A stretch of DNA of 63,364 bases, counting the filler, from Sphacelaria rigidula (Eukaryota): NCBI GenBank assembly GCA_964200075.2. It is 8 parts of 8 records of this genome, joined end to end, with 100 filler letters (N's around TTAATTAATTAA, not from the genome) between each part and the next. Parts side by side here need not be neighbours in the genome. Positions count along the whole stretch, not along the records: positions 31,734 to 39,566 come from CAXNAA020013315.1; positions 39,667 to 47,499 come from CAXNAA020013316.1; positions 47,600 to 55,432 come from CAXNAA020013317.1; 5 more parts are not named here. One strand, given 5' to 3'. The notes beneath the pieces were generated by a model. The model worked only from the letters and a program-made list of their open reading frames with translations. It ran no database searches and was not told the DNA's origin. The position numbers and the translations under genes are program-made. Positions 37,309 through 50,600 of the stretch are shown in pieces. Within the stretch, counting starts at the first letter, position 1. Each line of letters starts with the position of its first letter.

Positions 37309-39566
37309 CCGCATCTGTGTGACCTTCTTCTCGTACGATTGGTTATTTGAACGTTTTTCGCCCTATGTTCGGGTTCTTTGTCTTTTACCACGGGAAGCGT
37401 CCGCGTGATATACCCGGTACAGAGCAATGCTGTGAGGTCGAAAAAGTTTCAACTGTGAGGACAACAACCACGACAACTACAACGACAAATTGGGCACATG
37501 GACCGTCCTTTACAAAGAATCCACATCCCCATGAGTATACAAACACCCATGAAAATGCTGATCGCAACAAATATCGGGGGGTCATGATGATGCGAGAGAC
37601 CAAGTTTCCCCGGGAGCAGTGCTACGGTAGGGGTGCACTTTCTACGCAAAATCTTGTCTGGTTCAGGGACTCCCAACGATTTTAGATGCAGAAGAATATG
37701 GGTCAGGGCATCCTCGTTTGCAAATTCATTCGGAATATCCCTCGCACGTTGGAATAGTAATCCTGACGTACTCTCGCATATGTCATAAGTCGTGTTTTGG
37801 ATGAGATAAATGGCACCTGACAACTCTAACCTAAGATGAAAAAATGTGCACCATTACCGTAGCATCACTCCCGGCATTCGCAGCCGGTGCCTCGCGTACG
37901 TGCATTTATACTGCGATGCGAAGCGATCCCGAACTGGCCACGAAAATGCTGCCTGTACCTCGACTGTAACGTTTGCCATCACATGACGCCAAGGATATTA
38001 AAAAGTTCTCCGTATCCCAGCGCCGCCGGAATAAGTGGTGAAAATGCTCGTGCGCCGTCTTTGCTTCAAACTACCTGTGATAGTCGATTGCACTGCACAG
38101 CACTGTCACCGTACATAATCTGCCACTATGGGCTTCAACATCTTACGTAAAGTCTGAGCTATAGATGTCGGTCACAACTACCGTCATCGCGGAAGACACG
38201 CTCCACGGTGTTGCAGTGACTGCACCGGGAGTACGGGTGGGCATTACTGCCGCCAAATATGTTTCACTGCCCACGCTTCCTGTTTATCCCCGCGGTATTC
38301 CGCAGTGTGTCCCCCCTTGAATTTGCTCTCAACAAGTGTACTGCGTACAGTATGGAACGTGTGGTCGCGGTACAAACAACGTGCGATACTGTATGTGGTA
38401 GACCTGGCGGGCCAGGTTGTTGCCCAGGTGGTGGAAATCGCATACTAAGAGCAAATGAAAATGAGGTGAAGTCCGCATAACGCTGATAGCGTGCCTGTCA
38501 AGGAAAGGTCAATATCTTCACATCGATCCATGAAGTCGCAGAATATTCGGTTGATTGTGATGGAAACAAACTACAACAACCTCCCCTACCATTCTCACGC
38601 CGCCGTGATATGAAGCACGGTGAGTCTGGCACTGTAGGAAGCGAGGCGTTGCCCGCTGCCGGAGCACGTTCGCAGTGCTCCTCGGCTGAACACCCTCTCA
38701 TCTCTGGTTACTCTGCGCGGCCCCGTCTTGCTCGACACGACGCCTTAACCTCAACGGCATCTGCCTCTCTAACGTATGGAGAACCTTCACTGTTGAAAAT
38801 TTCCCGTCTTGGTGCCAGCCTCGACCGACAGGGGGCCGATGTGGATAACAAGGCTGACAAGATATGCCCCTGGCTTCGAACGGGTGTGTTATCATTACCC
38901 TCTACAACTGTCATGAGAAAGTGTTCTAGTTTTTGGAATAGCCTCAGCGTCGTGCAAAATTATTGTCTCAGGCCACGCTGCGCTTGAAACGCCTTGGATC
39001 GCCACTGCTGCGTCGACACCTAGCTTCGGCTTCAACCCATACATACATCAAGGTTCAGCTTTGACAGACGTGAGGTGTGCTCTGTTGGGTAGCCTATTAT
39101 CCGATATACCGCTTCCATATTATTGAAAAGGAATAACACTGGTATTGGCGGGCAAAATGGGTATCTATTTCGAACAGCTTTTCGTGTACGAATTCCATCT
39201 GCGAAGGTATATGGGGTTTGTACAGCCTCTGCTGTTCGAAATAGAGCCTTCATGTCCGATTCCAAATTTGGGTTTGGGCATGCTGTACAGGATTTATTTC
39301 GAACAGCAGAGAACAACATTTTCCTGAGTTAGAGAGTAGAGCGCTGATCGAGAGTGTCATACGGCTACACGTCGATATGCTACTCAGGGACATATGACGC
39401 CAGCCTGAAGGACTGGTGGATCACTGCTGTTGAGGGACTCCCCAGTCTCACTGGCCTCAGTTTCAGTTGTCAGCCTTTACAATATTCGAGTCATTCTACG
39501 ATAGCGGGGGGGGGGGGGGGGAGGGGTACTCATTTGTGTCTTACCTTAAGCCTTTAACCAGTGTTC

Positions 39567-39666
39567 NNNNNNNNNNNNNNNNNNNNNNNNNNNNNNNNNN
39601 NNNNNNNNNNTTAATTAATTAANNNNNNNNNNNNNNNNNNNNNNNNNNNNNNNNNNNNNNNNNNNN
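39567..39666. other. Artificial contig spacer
   Basis: N44-TTAATTAATTAA-N44. Confidence 0.99.
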
Positions 39667-40169
39667 AAGTGTGGGGAAAGCACTGTTTTAGGCTTGAGCC
39701 TCATCTCGAAGTTAAACCTCAATTCGCACAATTTGTTGTTATTGGTGCATTTTGGTGCAAACATCCTGTATGAAGTGTGACGAATGTTCAAATGTGTTTT
39801 CTCACGACCATTTTGCTGCAAAGACGTATTCGGAGAATTGTCTCTTCCGAGACCGCAGGAGGTGTCAAGGCATATATCGAGTTACTTATCGCCCTTCGAG
39901 GGTTTCTGTCATGAACCGGGACGCCATAAAAAGTACGCGAGTAACTGATTCCCTGAATATCCATTCATGTTGCTTCAGTGGTGCATATGACCCAAGCTTA
40001 CCAAGCTTACCCAGCTCTCCTTTATTTCCTCAGCACTCTGCTTGCAAAAGAGGCTGCCTTGATTTTGTTCGGCCGAAGTGAAAAACCCCAAACACCATTT
40101 TTGTCTTTGGACTTTCTGTCTGCTGCAGAAGCAAGTAGTTTGACTGCTACTGCGCAACCTCTGCTAAAC

Positions 40170-40254
40170 TACTGTCTCTGCGACGGTAATCGATCTGTTT
40201 CGAGAACAGTACCAAACGCCACGAGCCACAAATATTTCCAACAGGTTATGAGCC
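40170..40254 (+). mobile_element. Copia LTR 3' end (U5) and primer-binding site
   Basis: ...ACCAAACGCCACGAGCCACAAATATTTCCAACA (ends 40243, matches the LTR end at 47089) is immediately followed by GGTTATGAGCC, the copia-type half-tRNA-iMet PBS. Confidence 0.85.
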
Positions 40255-40440
40255 TCGATTCGCGACCACGTAGTCCTTCAGGTCATCGGCCTTCAATTCG
40301 AGACTACGACGGTCAACACGAGCGAGGGGACGTCACTTCAAGGTCGTCTCAGCAGCATCAATCAGAAGACCAAGAAACCAGATCCTTTCACAGGATCTGC
40401 AGGTGTTAATAGAAAGTATTACGAATAAAACTTGAGGCAG

Positions 40441-41613
40441 ATGAGTACATCGGGAGAGCCATCTGTAACTCAACTCATCGGGAGTATCAACAAGTTCCAC
40501 AATACGAAATTCGTCGATTGGACGCGCTCTACGCGCGCGATATTTTTCTTGACTCATACGGGGATATCTGATATCCTCAACGGAGTTGAACGCCACCCGG
40601 AAACTTATGACGAAGATTTTTCTGAGGTAGATCACCCACAACCAACTGCCAGATCGACATCAAGAACAAGCCCTATTGCGACCCGTTCCAGAAACCATCA
40701 GCAGCCGCCCGCTCGTTCGCCGTTACTATCGGTGGAGTCAAGCGCGGGGAGCGAGACGACAGCAGCGGTGGGTGATGCTGAAACTGCTGGTGATCAAGCC
40801 CAACCTCCTGTTCAAGGATTGTCTGCTCATCTCAGCGTGGAGTCAAATGTGAGACGAATTTTGAACACACGTGAGGTACAGAACTGGGACCGGTATAACG
40901 AACAGTTGTTCAACGTTTTGTACTTATCGAAAACTGGTTCAGCGGCAAGTTACCTCTTGCGTTTTCAGCCGAAGGGTTCAGAGAAACCAAACGGCAAAAG
41001 TGCGTGGGAAGGATTGGTAGCCAAGTATCAAAATTCATCTAAGCAAAGACGCCGCTTATTGATGCGATAGCTGGACACCATGACCATGTCACCAGGACAA
41101 GACCCGGATGTTTTTTTGGCAAAACTATTCCAGCTCCGAGACGAGCTCGTGCATATTGGCGAGCCCATCTCCTGCGATAGACTCACTGATATCATAGTCG
41201 AGGGTCTAACCAGCGAGTATGACCAAGTGAAATATAACGCAGCACGAGATCGAGACTTAAGCATCGGGGATATTGAAACTACCCTACGTAACATGTATGC
41301 CAATAGACTGGCGAGGAAAGTAACTGCGAGCAGATCACATGGCCGAGATTCATCAATGTTGGCAGCAGCAACGCCCAACTCCTCCAATCAGCCCGCGAAA
41401 TTTCGCGGAAAATGCTACTACTACGGAAAAGTAGGCCATCTCATGAGCGACTGTCGTTCGAGACGACAGTCCAATAATGGAAGCATGCCTGCAAAATGGT
41501 GCGCTCCTCATCGCACTGATCGACATGGCGATTCAGAATGTTATAGCGAACGCAACAAGAACAACCGCAACGACAACAACAACAACAGCAACAACCGCAA
41601 CAACGACAACAGC

Positions 41614-41705
<92 letters not shown>

Positions 41706-42591
41706 CTTCAATGGACATCAACGTCAAGCCAACATTGCCATCGCCAATCCAGCTTCCACGACCGTGCCATCGAACAACCACCAACAACAAATTTCAATAT
41801 CTTCAGCTGCACCTGCGACCGATATCTGCCGACCATCAAACGGTACTGGGTTTTCCTTTCTTTCAGGTTCGCATGTCACTGCCAATCATTGTACACCCGG
41901 CGAAAATTTCTTCAAGATGGCAGTTTACAGTGGCTCCAGCGGGCATATTTCGGATAATCACCTATTGCCGAATATCGAACGTGAGATGGTTGATTTCGTG
42001 AAGCTCGATCCACCCATGAGCATTCTTACTGTTGGACGTCATCTCCTGCAGGGTACGGGAAGAGGCATTATCAACACCATCGTTACTGATTCTGAAGGAA
42101 TCCAGCACTCTATTCAGCTTCCTGCCGTGACTATTCCAGGTCTGGGGAGACATCTGTTCTCTCGTGTAGAGGTAGTAACAAAATGAGCGTCAACCGTCTT
42201 TTCGGGTGATTCCTACGTAGACCTCGGAGATTCTAAAATTCCGATTAGCAACTGCGGTGGAGCGTTACACTACATTAGCATGCAGGTTGCTCAAGGTTCG
42301 AAAACCTTGAACAAAAGGATCGAGTCAGCACTCACGACTCAGGTATTTTCCGGAGAACGTATTGGGATGGGCACAGCATTATCAGCCGCAGTGTTTCCAC
42401 CGAACAAGACAGGGCCCGTCAAGATTGTAGAACCGCCTCCGACAGTAGCCGGCAGAGAAGTCAAAACTGTGTGCTATTCAGCCGGGAAAATGAGCAAGAG
42501 TCGTAACTACAGTAGATCTAGATCTTCATTGGCCAAGCCTACAACTGCATGCATCAGTACGGATAATACACGGAATTTGAAATCCCATTAA
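40441..42591 (+). pseudogene. Copia gag-protease polyprotein (copy A), disrupted
   Basis: Single frame with stops at 41068-70 and 42184-86. Gag core (AWEGLVAKYQ...GQDPDVFLAKLFQLRDEL...IIVEGLTSEYDQVK), degenerate Zn knuckle CYYYGKVGHLMSDC, poly-Asn, protease site mutated to VYSGSSGH, IPGLGRHLFS. Confidence 0.88.
41554..41706 (+). repeat. (AAC)n microsatellite encoding poly-Asn within gag
   Basis: Long AAC run in frame with gag. Confidence 0.95.
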
Positions 42592-44101
42592 AAGAACAGG
42601 CCGGTCAACTATACAGCGGCAGAAAACAGCAGGCGCGGAAATTACAACAAGGGTACAGGAACGAACATTATTCCATCTTCGACAACGAAGAGACTAACAA
42701 CTTCACGGAAAAAGGCCCGTGATCAGGATCAGCACCAGCCGCAGTCCAATCGCCGCCATCACCAGCATGAGCAGCAGCCGAACCACCAACAGCAGCCCAA
42801 GATATCGCACTCGGGCAGCTCCTACATCAAAGTTACAAAGACACGAGAGGAGAAAGGGTTCATCAGAGAAGTGCTTGACATCAAGAAACGAGGTCCTTCA
42901 GTATTGCGGTAGGGGCTAGTCACCTCACCTGCCTACGTGAAAAGCGGGGCGATTAAGCACCCCAGGAAAATCCAGCGCAGGGCACACGGTACAGGATATC
43001 ATCATCAACGGGGGCAATCAGCACAACGAACGAAAATCATCACCTGCTTTTTCAAGAAGCGACCACTCCAAGCGACTCCACCAGCAAGTCCGAGGGAAGC
43101 ATCCACTATGGAGAAGCCAACATCCAGGAGCACATCTTCAGCACACTCGAACACCACCAGCGACATCGCTCTCCTCGAAGCACAGGACGTGCTACAACAT
43201 TTTGTCACTTGAACTTTCGAACTCTCCGCCTTTCATTTGAAACGGAACACTTGTTTGTCAGTGCTATCAGGTGTCCTTCACTGTTCGGAATCTTTTACAC
43301 CACCACTACAGCAGCAACCACGATCGAGTGAGAGCACGGAATGAGGCGAGCAGTTATACGACAACACCACCGCGAACGAACCGAACAAGATCAACGAACG
43401 CCACTACAACTACAGCGCTATTATCGAGTACGGACCCAGCGACATCAGCGAACGCCACTACTCACCGCGTTTACTACTGAATGCTTGACGTAGCGCAGGG
43501 AAACATGGTAGGGCACGTATATCCTTTTTCATTGGTCTGTATGCAGGATCTTGGTTTATTTGAAAAATAGTCTACCGCGAGTATTGTACCGTACAAGAGT
43601 GAACTGAAATCGTTTATCAACATTTGTACAGAAGTTTTTGATTGCGCACTATCCGCATATGCTTTGAAGTCGAGTATGAAGCAGCTGTCACAGCCCCACT
43701 CATAATAAGCGTAGTGGCAGAAAAAAACAATACAACAAAGACACACCAGTGACGTGTGTATTATGTTTTTGTTATGCTTGCTATTTTACGTAGATGTTGC
43801 TAAGCATGATCGATTTTGGGTAAACAGGTAAAAAATGCCCGCGCATACAGCATGGCTGTCGTGCATCATAATTGTAGGACAGTACAGTAAACCACAAGTG
43901 TTGCGTATGACATTTACTGTACATGATTTCGTGCCTTTGGTTTTTATTGAGGATATATGTATGATATGCTGTACAAGTTTTCAGGAGGCATGTGCTGTAC
44001 AAAACAGAAGTGCATGCAGTGAACTGTGGTTCAACTCTCGCGTTAAGTAGCAACTTGCGGGTTGATATTTTGTGGAAACGAGGTTCTAATCGTTGATTTA
44101 A

Positions 44102-44150
44102 CCCTTAGACCGCGAGGTTATTCAGAAAGACTAACCTCGCGGTCTAAGGG
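44102..44150. mobile_element. Minimal piggyBac-like MITE (49 bp)
   Basis: TTAA|CCCTTAGACCGCGAGGTTA-TTCAGAAAGAC-TAACCTCGCGGTCTAAGGG|TTCA; perfect 19-bp TIRs. Confidence 0.75.
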
Positions 44151-44934
44151 TTCACAGGGTATGTGTTATCGTCCCATCTATTCTGGACGTCAATCTACAG
44201 CTTTCGGTACACATCTATGCGCACCAGCCGGGGTCAACCAAAGGGTTAGGGCATAGTCACACAGGAGAACAGAATGTAGGGTATTTGATGCCACATGTTA
44301 CTGTACGGTTCACAGAACGTTCGGGATGGTTTTGTTGCACATTTTTATCTTTCGTTCTTTCTAAAAAGTTCAAGGAATTTGTTTCTACAGGGCTCATGAA
44401 ATTTGATGCCTACGCGAGAAGCGCACACACATACGTGTGCATGCGGGTGGACTTTTTCAGGTCTAATTTGTATGGACTGACATTTGTCGAAAACATGACA
44501 GTACAGAATAAAATGAGGAATGGTACAACAGTTTTTGTACGTTGTATATTTCCGTCTGATTGCATTGCTCACTACCATTCTTAGTGTGTTGAGTACGCTA
44601 CTACCTTTGGTAGCAACATGTCTCATTCACGGGGAAGTGTTGGAAACATGTAGACGATGCAGTCTATATTCATTATGTTTGAATGACGTTCTTGCAACAA
44701 AATATAGCGGTACAATCTGTTGCGTTTCAACGAAACAATGAACCACGTAAGACCGTTTCATAAGTATTCTTTCATTGAGAGTACCTATTTTGTTTTGATT
44801 TATAGTCTACCTGTGTGAATGACGTTTCAGGTAGGATATTGATACAGTAGGCTGTTGGAAGTTTAGGAAATAATAGTTCCGAATATACATAGTCGGGATT
44901 GATAGCAGCAGAAAAGTAGTCATGTCCGTTTTCA

Positions 44935-45507
44935 GTAATAATCGACTCAGGGGCAGCGACCCACTGTGTGGATAGTAGTTTACTACCTGGGATAGAGCGG
45001 GGAATGTCAGATTATGTCGAGTTCAATCCCCCAATGAGCGTTAAAACGGCGGTAGGACACCTGCTACATGGAACAGGTAGAGGCGTTATACACACGATAG
45101 TGGTAGATACCCATGGCTATGAGCGGTCTGTGCGTTTACCAGCCATCGTAGTGCCCAAACTAGGGCAACATTTATTTTCGCCTTGCGAAGCACTCAAGAA
45201 GGGCGTGGATACTATTTTTTCAGCAGATCCGCACGTTGATTTGGGAGGTTTTCAAGTTCCAATGAATGTTGATAACAACGGGATATTAAGGAGTATGAAC
45301 ATGAAAACCATCCATGAGTGTGACTCAAGTAGCTCAGCGCTAACAGATACAACAGTAGTAGTAGTATCAGGGGAATCAATGGGCGTAGGCACAGCTTTGC
45401 TAGTCAGTAAGAGAGCAAAATTAAACCAAGATTCGCGTTGGAAGCAGAAAAAGAGCAGTAAAAGTAAGATATCATCGATTACGTCTGACGCAGTAGATCA
45501 GAATTAG
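44935..45507 (+). pseudogene. Copia aspartic protease region (copy B)
   Basis: VIIDSGAATHCVDSSLLPGIERGMSDYVEFNPPMSVKTAVGHLLHGTGRG...VPKLGQHLFS, colinear with copy A at 41920-42380. Confidence 0.85.
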
Positions 45508-46157
45508 AGGAGATACCACTCTACAAGTAAGAATAGCAATTTTCACCAGCTCAGTAAAAGGCAGCAACAACAGTAGTCATCTTCACGACGTAAAGCAGCG
45601 TATATCAAGGAGATATTGGGGATCAAGGATGTAGTAGATTCACTATTGTTAGGCAAACAGATTCAAAGTAACCAGAAGAAGGCATGTCTAGCGAGTAACA
45701 AGAGGAGATCAATTCAGTCACCTGTATTACACCTGAACAGTAGATCGGTAAAATCGCCTGTGTACATCAACAGCAAGGAGGATAGGCATGTACGTGAAAT
45801 AGAAGAGGGACGATTGCAAGATATTTTTATATCCGAACCACCCCGAGTATTGCAACCAGCAGGATTTTCAATATCCAGCAACAAGGAATTACGGACCAAG
45901 GACAGATCCGAGAAGCATTCGATCGTCATAGACAACAGCGAAGACGTCGACACCGAGAAGCAGCAGACAATCATACCATGGGCTAATGTTGTAGGTATAA
46001 CGTAGAGTAGTAAAGGGTTGAGAATAAGCACAATAAACGACGGCATGGTGTAACAACGACCGAGTGAGGACCGAGAACAGAGGAGAACAACTTCGACGAC
46101 ATCAACGAAGTAGATACGAGTTTTCGAAAAACAATTTCATGGAGGAAGACATGAATG

Positions 46158-46278
46158 ACGTACAGTAGAGTACAGTAACGCACAGTAGAGTACAGTAAAC
46201 GTACAGTAGCGCACAGTAGAGTACAGTTAAATTACAGCAGCGCACAGTAAAGTACAGTAAGGTACAGTAGAGTACAAG
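46158..46278. repeat. Degenerate (GTACA/GTAGA)n simple repeat in the Copia 3' region
   Basis: TACAGTAGAGTACAGTAACGCACAGTAGAG... with a 10-bp period. Confidence 0.85.
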
Positions 46279-46359
46279 TCAAGTGCAGCATACACGTTGG
46301 ATAGATATGAGATTGATTTTTTCTTTTTATAGGTATTCGAAATATCATTTCGAAGGGCG

Positions 46360-47089
46360 TGTTGGAAGTTTAAGAAATAATAGTTCCGAATATACATAGT
46401 CGAGATTAGCGGGAAACCCAGTAACGGTTCATCGTTAGAATAACGATCGTCGGAATAACCGAAGTAGTGCAGTGTGTGAGATATTCGTCGTAGAATAATG
46501 AATAGCTCATGTACTGTATAGCTCGTATACAGAGAGTCAGCATATTGTCAGAATATTGAAGGGTTGAGTACCAAGAGTCGAAGGTATGGACAGTTTGGAT
46601 GGATAGTTTTATAGTGTCCAAGAGTTTTATTGACAGAGTGAAATAGCCCCACGCTATTTACTCTCCAAAGCGACCCACCTCAAGCAAGCCTATCAGCCTG
46701 TTATTGGTTTCTGCGTTAATAAGGAACCAAGTGTTTAATGTGTTTGATTTAAGTAACGCCCAGATGAAGCGGCAAGTTTAAGCATCCTCTCTCTCGCACA
46801 AACAAGTGTTCAACCAACATTGTGCAGCCTCTGCGAGCTCTCTTGTTAGAGCTGGGTTCACAAGTTGAACCGATTGTTCCTGTCTACTGACAGTTGAACA
46901 CTGTGTATTTTATGCACAAGCCACGATAGCCAATAATATTTCAACAGATCATTCGCCTCGTTTACAGGTACTGTAACAGGTTGATCAGCCTCGCGTAACA
47001 TAGGCATGTTGCCATGATGGTCTCTGCGACGTTAGTCGGTCTGTTTCGAGAGCAGTACCAAACGCCACGAGCCACAGATATTTCCAACA
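46360..47089 (+). repeat. Copia long terminal repeat (730 bp)
   Basis: TGTTGGAA...TTCCAACA terminal inverted ends, preceded by a purine tract. Confidence 0.85.
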
Positions 47090-47499
47090 TGGACGGGGTG
47101 CATGAATGTTGTAATACCACTTCACGTAGGCAAATGCACGACCGCATAGGTGGTGGAATACGCTTGCATGAACATGAGTTGTGAATCGCACACTTTTGTA
47201 TTGTAGCTCCATGGGCGCCGGGGTTGATGTGAAGATTGCGTTTGGTGATTGATACGGGTCAGCGTCTTCCTCCACTGCGTCAGCCTTTCGTTACGTTTCT
47301 TCATCTCGATCTCCATGCGCTTTGCGCGCAGCCTTTCTCTTTTCACCTCCTGTTCCAGGTTTTTATTCGCGACTTCAAGGTCTTTGACCTTCTGCTGCAA
47401 CGTTTCTGGCGGAGCAACAAAACAGTGCAGGTAGGCGGGTTGTGGTGGGTGGGTGCCCAAGCATACAGGGGCAAAGGCGGGTTGGAGGGGGGGGGCGGG

Positions 47500-47599
47500 N
47501 NNNNNNNNNNNNNNNNNNNNNNNNNNNNNNNNNNNNNNNNNNNTTAATTAATTAANNNNNNNNNNNNNNNNNNNNNNNNNNNNNNNNNNNNNNNNNNNN
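47500..47599. other. Artificial contig spacer
   Basis: N44-TTAATTAATTAA-N44. Confidence 0.99.
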
Positions 47600-47668
47600 C
47601 AACTCGTCTGTGTCGATGAGATATTGCTTTCAGAGCTTAAATCCGTTTTTAGGCTGGCCCAGCTCGTA
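47600..47668. mobile_element. Terminus of another copy of the contig-5 transposon family
   Basis: TCCGTTTTTAGGCTGGCCCAGCTCG|TA identical to 37282-37308, with a different flank beyond TA. Confidence 0.85.
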
Positions 47669-50600
47669 TGGAGGATAAATATTAACTATTCATCTGATAT
47701 TCTACATTTGAACAAGGCTCTTACAGAGCCGAAAAAATATGTTTTTATTACCGAGGACGCTCAATAACGTACTCCTGACAAACGAGGTGTTATGCTCCGT
47801 ATCAAACCCGACAGCATCAAATTGGGGATTGGGTCCTGAGCGCGTTTATATGTCAACATCCATCGGCTCTGGCAATGCCGAGTGCTGAAGAACAACAATA
47901 CGCAAGAAAATGGAAGATACCCAATTGAAATACAGAATTTGCGCAGTTTGCTTGCAGACAAATGTGTACTGTCTGTTGGAGCGGGTGACAAACAGCCCTT
48001 ACTCTTCCAAAGTTGCTATACAGTAATAGGTGGAGTCGCGACTCGTACACCAGGGGAATCCGGATTATCAGACGGAGGAGGAAAAAAAAACGTCGCGGGG
48101 CTGTGGGCACGTAACGGTCGGAAAAAATCAGAGGGGCTTCCCTCCCCAGTGATCGACGCGCTCACAAGCACAACGCGGAGATCTGAACAATACTACAGCA
48201 AATAGACCGAACAAAAATCGGCGGGTCAGCGAGGGGTCTGGAGATTGCCCAGATGTACGTATACCACTGGACTCGAAGATACTCCCCGTGTACGGACAGA
48301 ATATATGGGAATGAGGCGTTTCATCAGCACTGCCATGGCCAAAAAAAAGCCTGTGTGTGAGTGTATGTATTTCTTCTCCAGCAAAATACAACGCAGACTG
48401 GAGCGTGCATACTCCCCCAGGACCGCCGCCGCGCTAACGTTTTTGAGAGACGCTGTTTAGTCTGTTCCATGGCTGCAGCAACAACTTTTGATGCCGAAAC
48501 CTCCCGTGAAACTAGCTGTGCAAGGTTTCACTCCCTCGACGCAGGGTCCAAGTAAGCAACCACACCGGAATTCAAGTTGGACCCGTGATGATTGATGAGG
48601 TGCTGACAACCCTTGCCGTTAGACACAGCAAGTGTGGGCCATCCGTTGAAATGGACACCATTTTCACTCGAAAAATGGACCTAGGGTTTAGACGACCTAC
48701 CCTCGCAGTAAGGGCCATTGATGCAATATTTTGAAGTTGCGGTGTGCGTGTGCTGAGGTACGCAACCTGCCACTCTTGAAAAATGTGGGCTGAGGGCTGA
48801 GGTTAATGGCAAACTGCAACAGAATCACGGAGGCACTACTCGTGGCGGCGAACGGGCACTAACTGCTGTCATACCATATGCAACAAAATTAGAGACTGCC
48901 ATGACGATTGGTTTTCATCGTTGGCAGTTGCAGCCATACAACGAAAACCTGAGATGTCTGTACTGTTATTCCTGCTACAGCTGTGCTTGCTCGATCATAA
49001 ACACAATCTGAACGTCGGCACGTACAGTAAGTGGTACAGACAGCACTCATACACAACCGGTGTATGATAAATCCGTGTACAGGACGAAGGCGATGCCAAT
49101 CGATGTAAAATTGTGAAATTGCTACAGAAAAACACATGATTGCCAGGGTAACCCGAAGTCTTGGGAGCAATATTTTGTCGGTTGCAGCGGCTAAACTTGC
49201 GATGAACAACTGTACTGTTACTTAAAAAAGCACCAAAAGACCACAGCCGCGTAGCGACTCCGATTTTGGCTGTGAGGGGCAAAGCGTCCTCTTCCACAAA
49301 ACCGAGGCTTTGGGGATTTGGGGCAAATGGGCAAATCAAGATTTTGATGGCATGTTAGACGGGCAGAAGAACGTCGTGCACCAAAAGTGCTCATTGAATG
49401 CTCATACTCATGTCCACTCCTTTCGAAGTCCTCTCGACCTTGACCTACCCACAAACGACGGCTTCGACTGCACTGTTTACTGTGAGCGTCATCGCTGTTC
49501 CTCGTCAAGAAAGGGGAGACAGGAATATGCCACTGTCGTTGGTCTGTGCATCAACAAAACCGCCTGCACACAAAACAGCTCCCAGTAGCAAGGCACCAAC
49601 GACCAGAAGAAATTTGTAAAAGTACGTAGGGGGCTCCTCTGCTGTGTAAACAAATCCTGTTGGGAAGAAAAGAAAAGAGAGATGGCGACGCGACGAGTGA
49701 TGATGACGACGGGCATACATGTGCCACAGAAATCGCGTCCCATCACAAGACCGGAGATTTGCGTCTGACTGCCTGTTTCTTCATCAGAACATTTCTTCTC
49801 CCATTGTCTGTGAATCTTGCTGTTTTCGGAAAACAAAACAACATAAAACTTCCAGTTTTTTCCCCCCAGAGAAGGGAAGGTAACAAAACAGTAAAGTTAG
49901 TGCACTGTTGTACTGCTTTGGAATGACTTGGACAGCTCCCTTCACCACGCTGTCGATTGCGGAATACTTTGAATGTGCATGGTCAAAAGTCGAGAGAGGT
50001 ATACATGGGATACTGAGCACACACTATGATACTGTAATATAGAACTGAGGGGACCACGGCCAAGGACAGCGACTAATACACCGATTCAACCCTAGTTCAG
50101 TCCCAATGTTCTCGGTGCGGTTACCGCAGGGCTGGAGCCCCTGCTACTGCATATATGGGTGCATAAGTCAACAGCAGACCAGTACGGTACGGTAGCATAA
50201 CAGCACCGTGCACCGAGGTACGAGTGCATGAAGAGTGCACGTAGGACAGACAACTAACTGTGTGAAGAAGTGGAGACTCAGACAGACAGCACTGCAGGCT
50301 CTCTGATGGCTTGTGGGGAAGAGGAAGGAAATTTGGGTTCGCTTGTTGCTGATGTACCGTACAGTTATGAGTGGAAGACACCGCCGTCTACGCCCACTGC
50401 CGATGCAAGCCACTACAGAACGAGTACGGTACTGTTTACAGGGCGGCTTTTTTCATCAAGTATAATAGCCAGGCAAACGCCGACACCGACAGCATGGCAA
50501 GGCACTGTTCTTCGACGCATAGCGGACATATATTTGCAATAACATCCAGGATACCACAGCAGAGTACAGTACATACTAGAGTACTGTGCTTGCTTCTGGT

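Larger units (their letters stand above)
44853..47089 (+). mobile_element. Internally deleted Copia element (copy B)
   Basis: Starts with the first ~45 bp of the LTR (TGTTGGAAGTTTA.GAAATAATAGTTCCGAATATACATAGTCG, same as 46360) and jumps to the protease. Ends with PPT CGAAGGGCG plus a full LTR. Flanks TAGGC / TGGAC (3 of 5 match). Confidence 0.8.

Noticed and set aside
41068-41070. Programmed stop-codon readthrough in gag
   Set aside because: The stop lies inside the gag core, and the copy has other lesions (knuckle C to Y, protease D to Y, second stop). A simple CAG to TAG mutation is more likely.
41477-42001. Thr-rich mucin-like ORF and antisense poly-Val ORF
   Set aside because: These are alternative frames of the (AAC)n tract.
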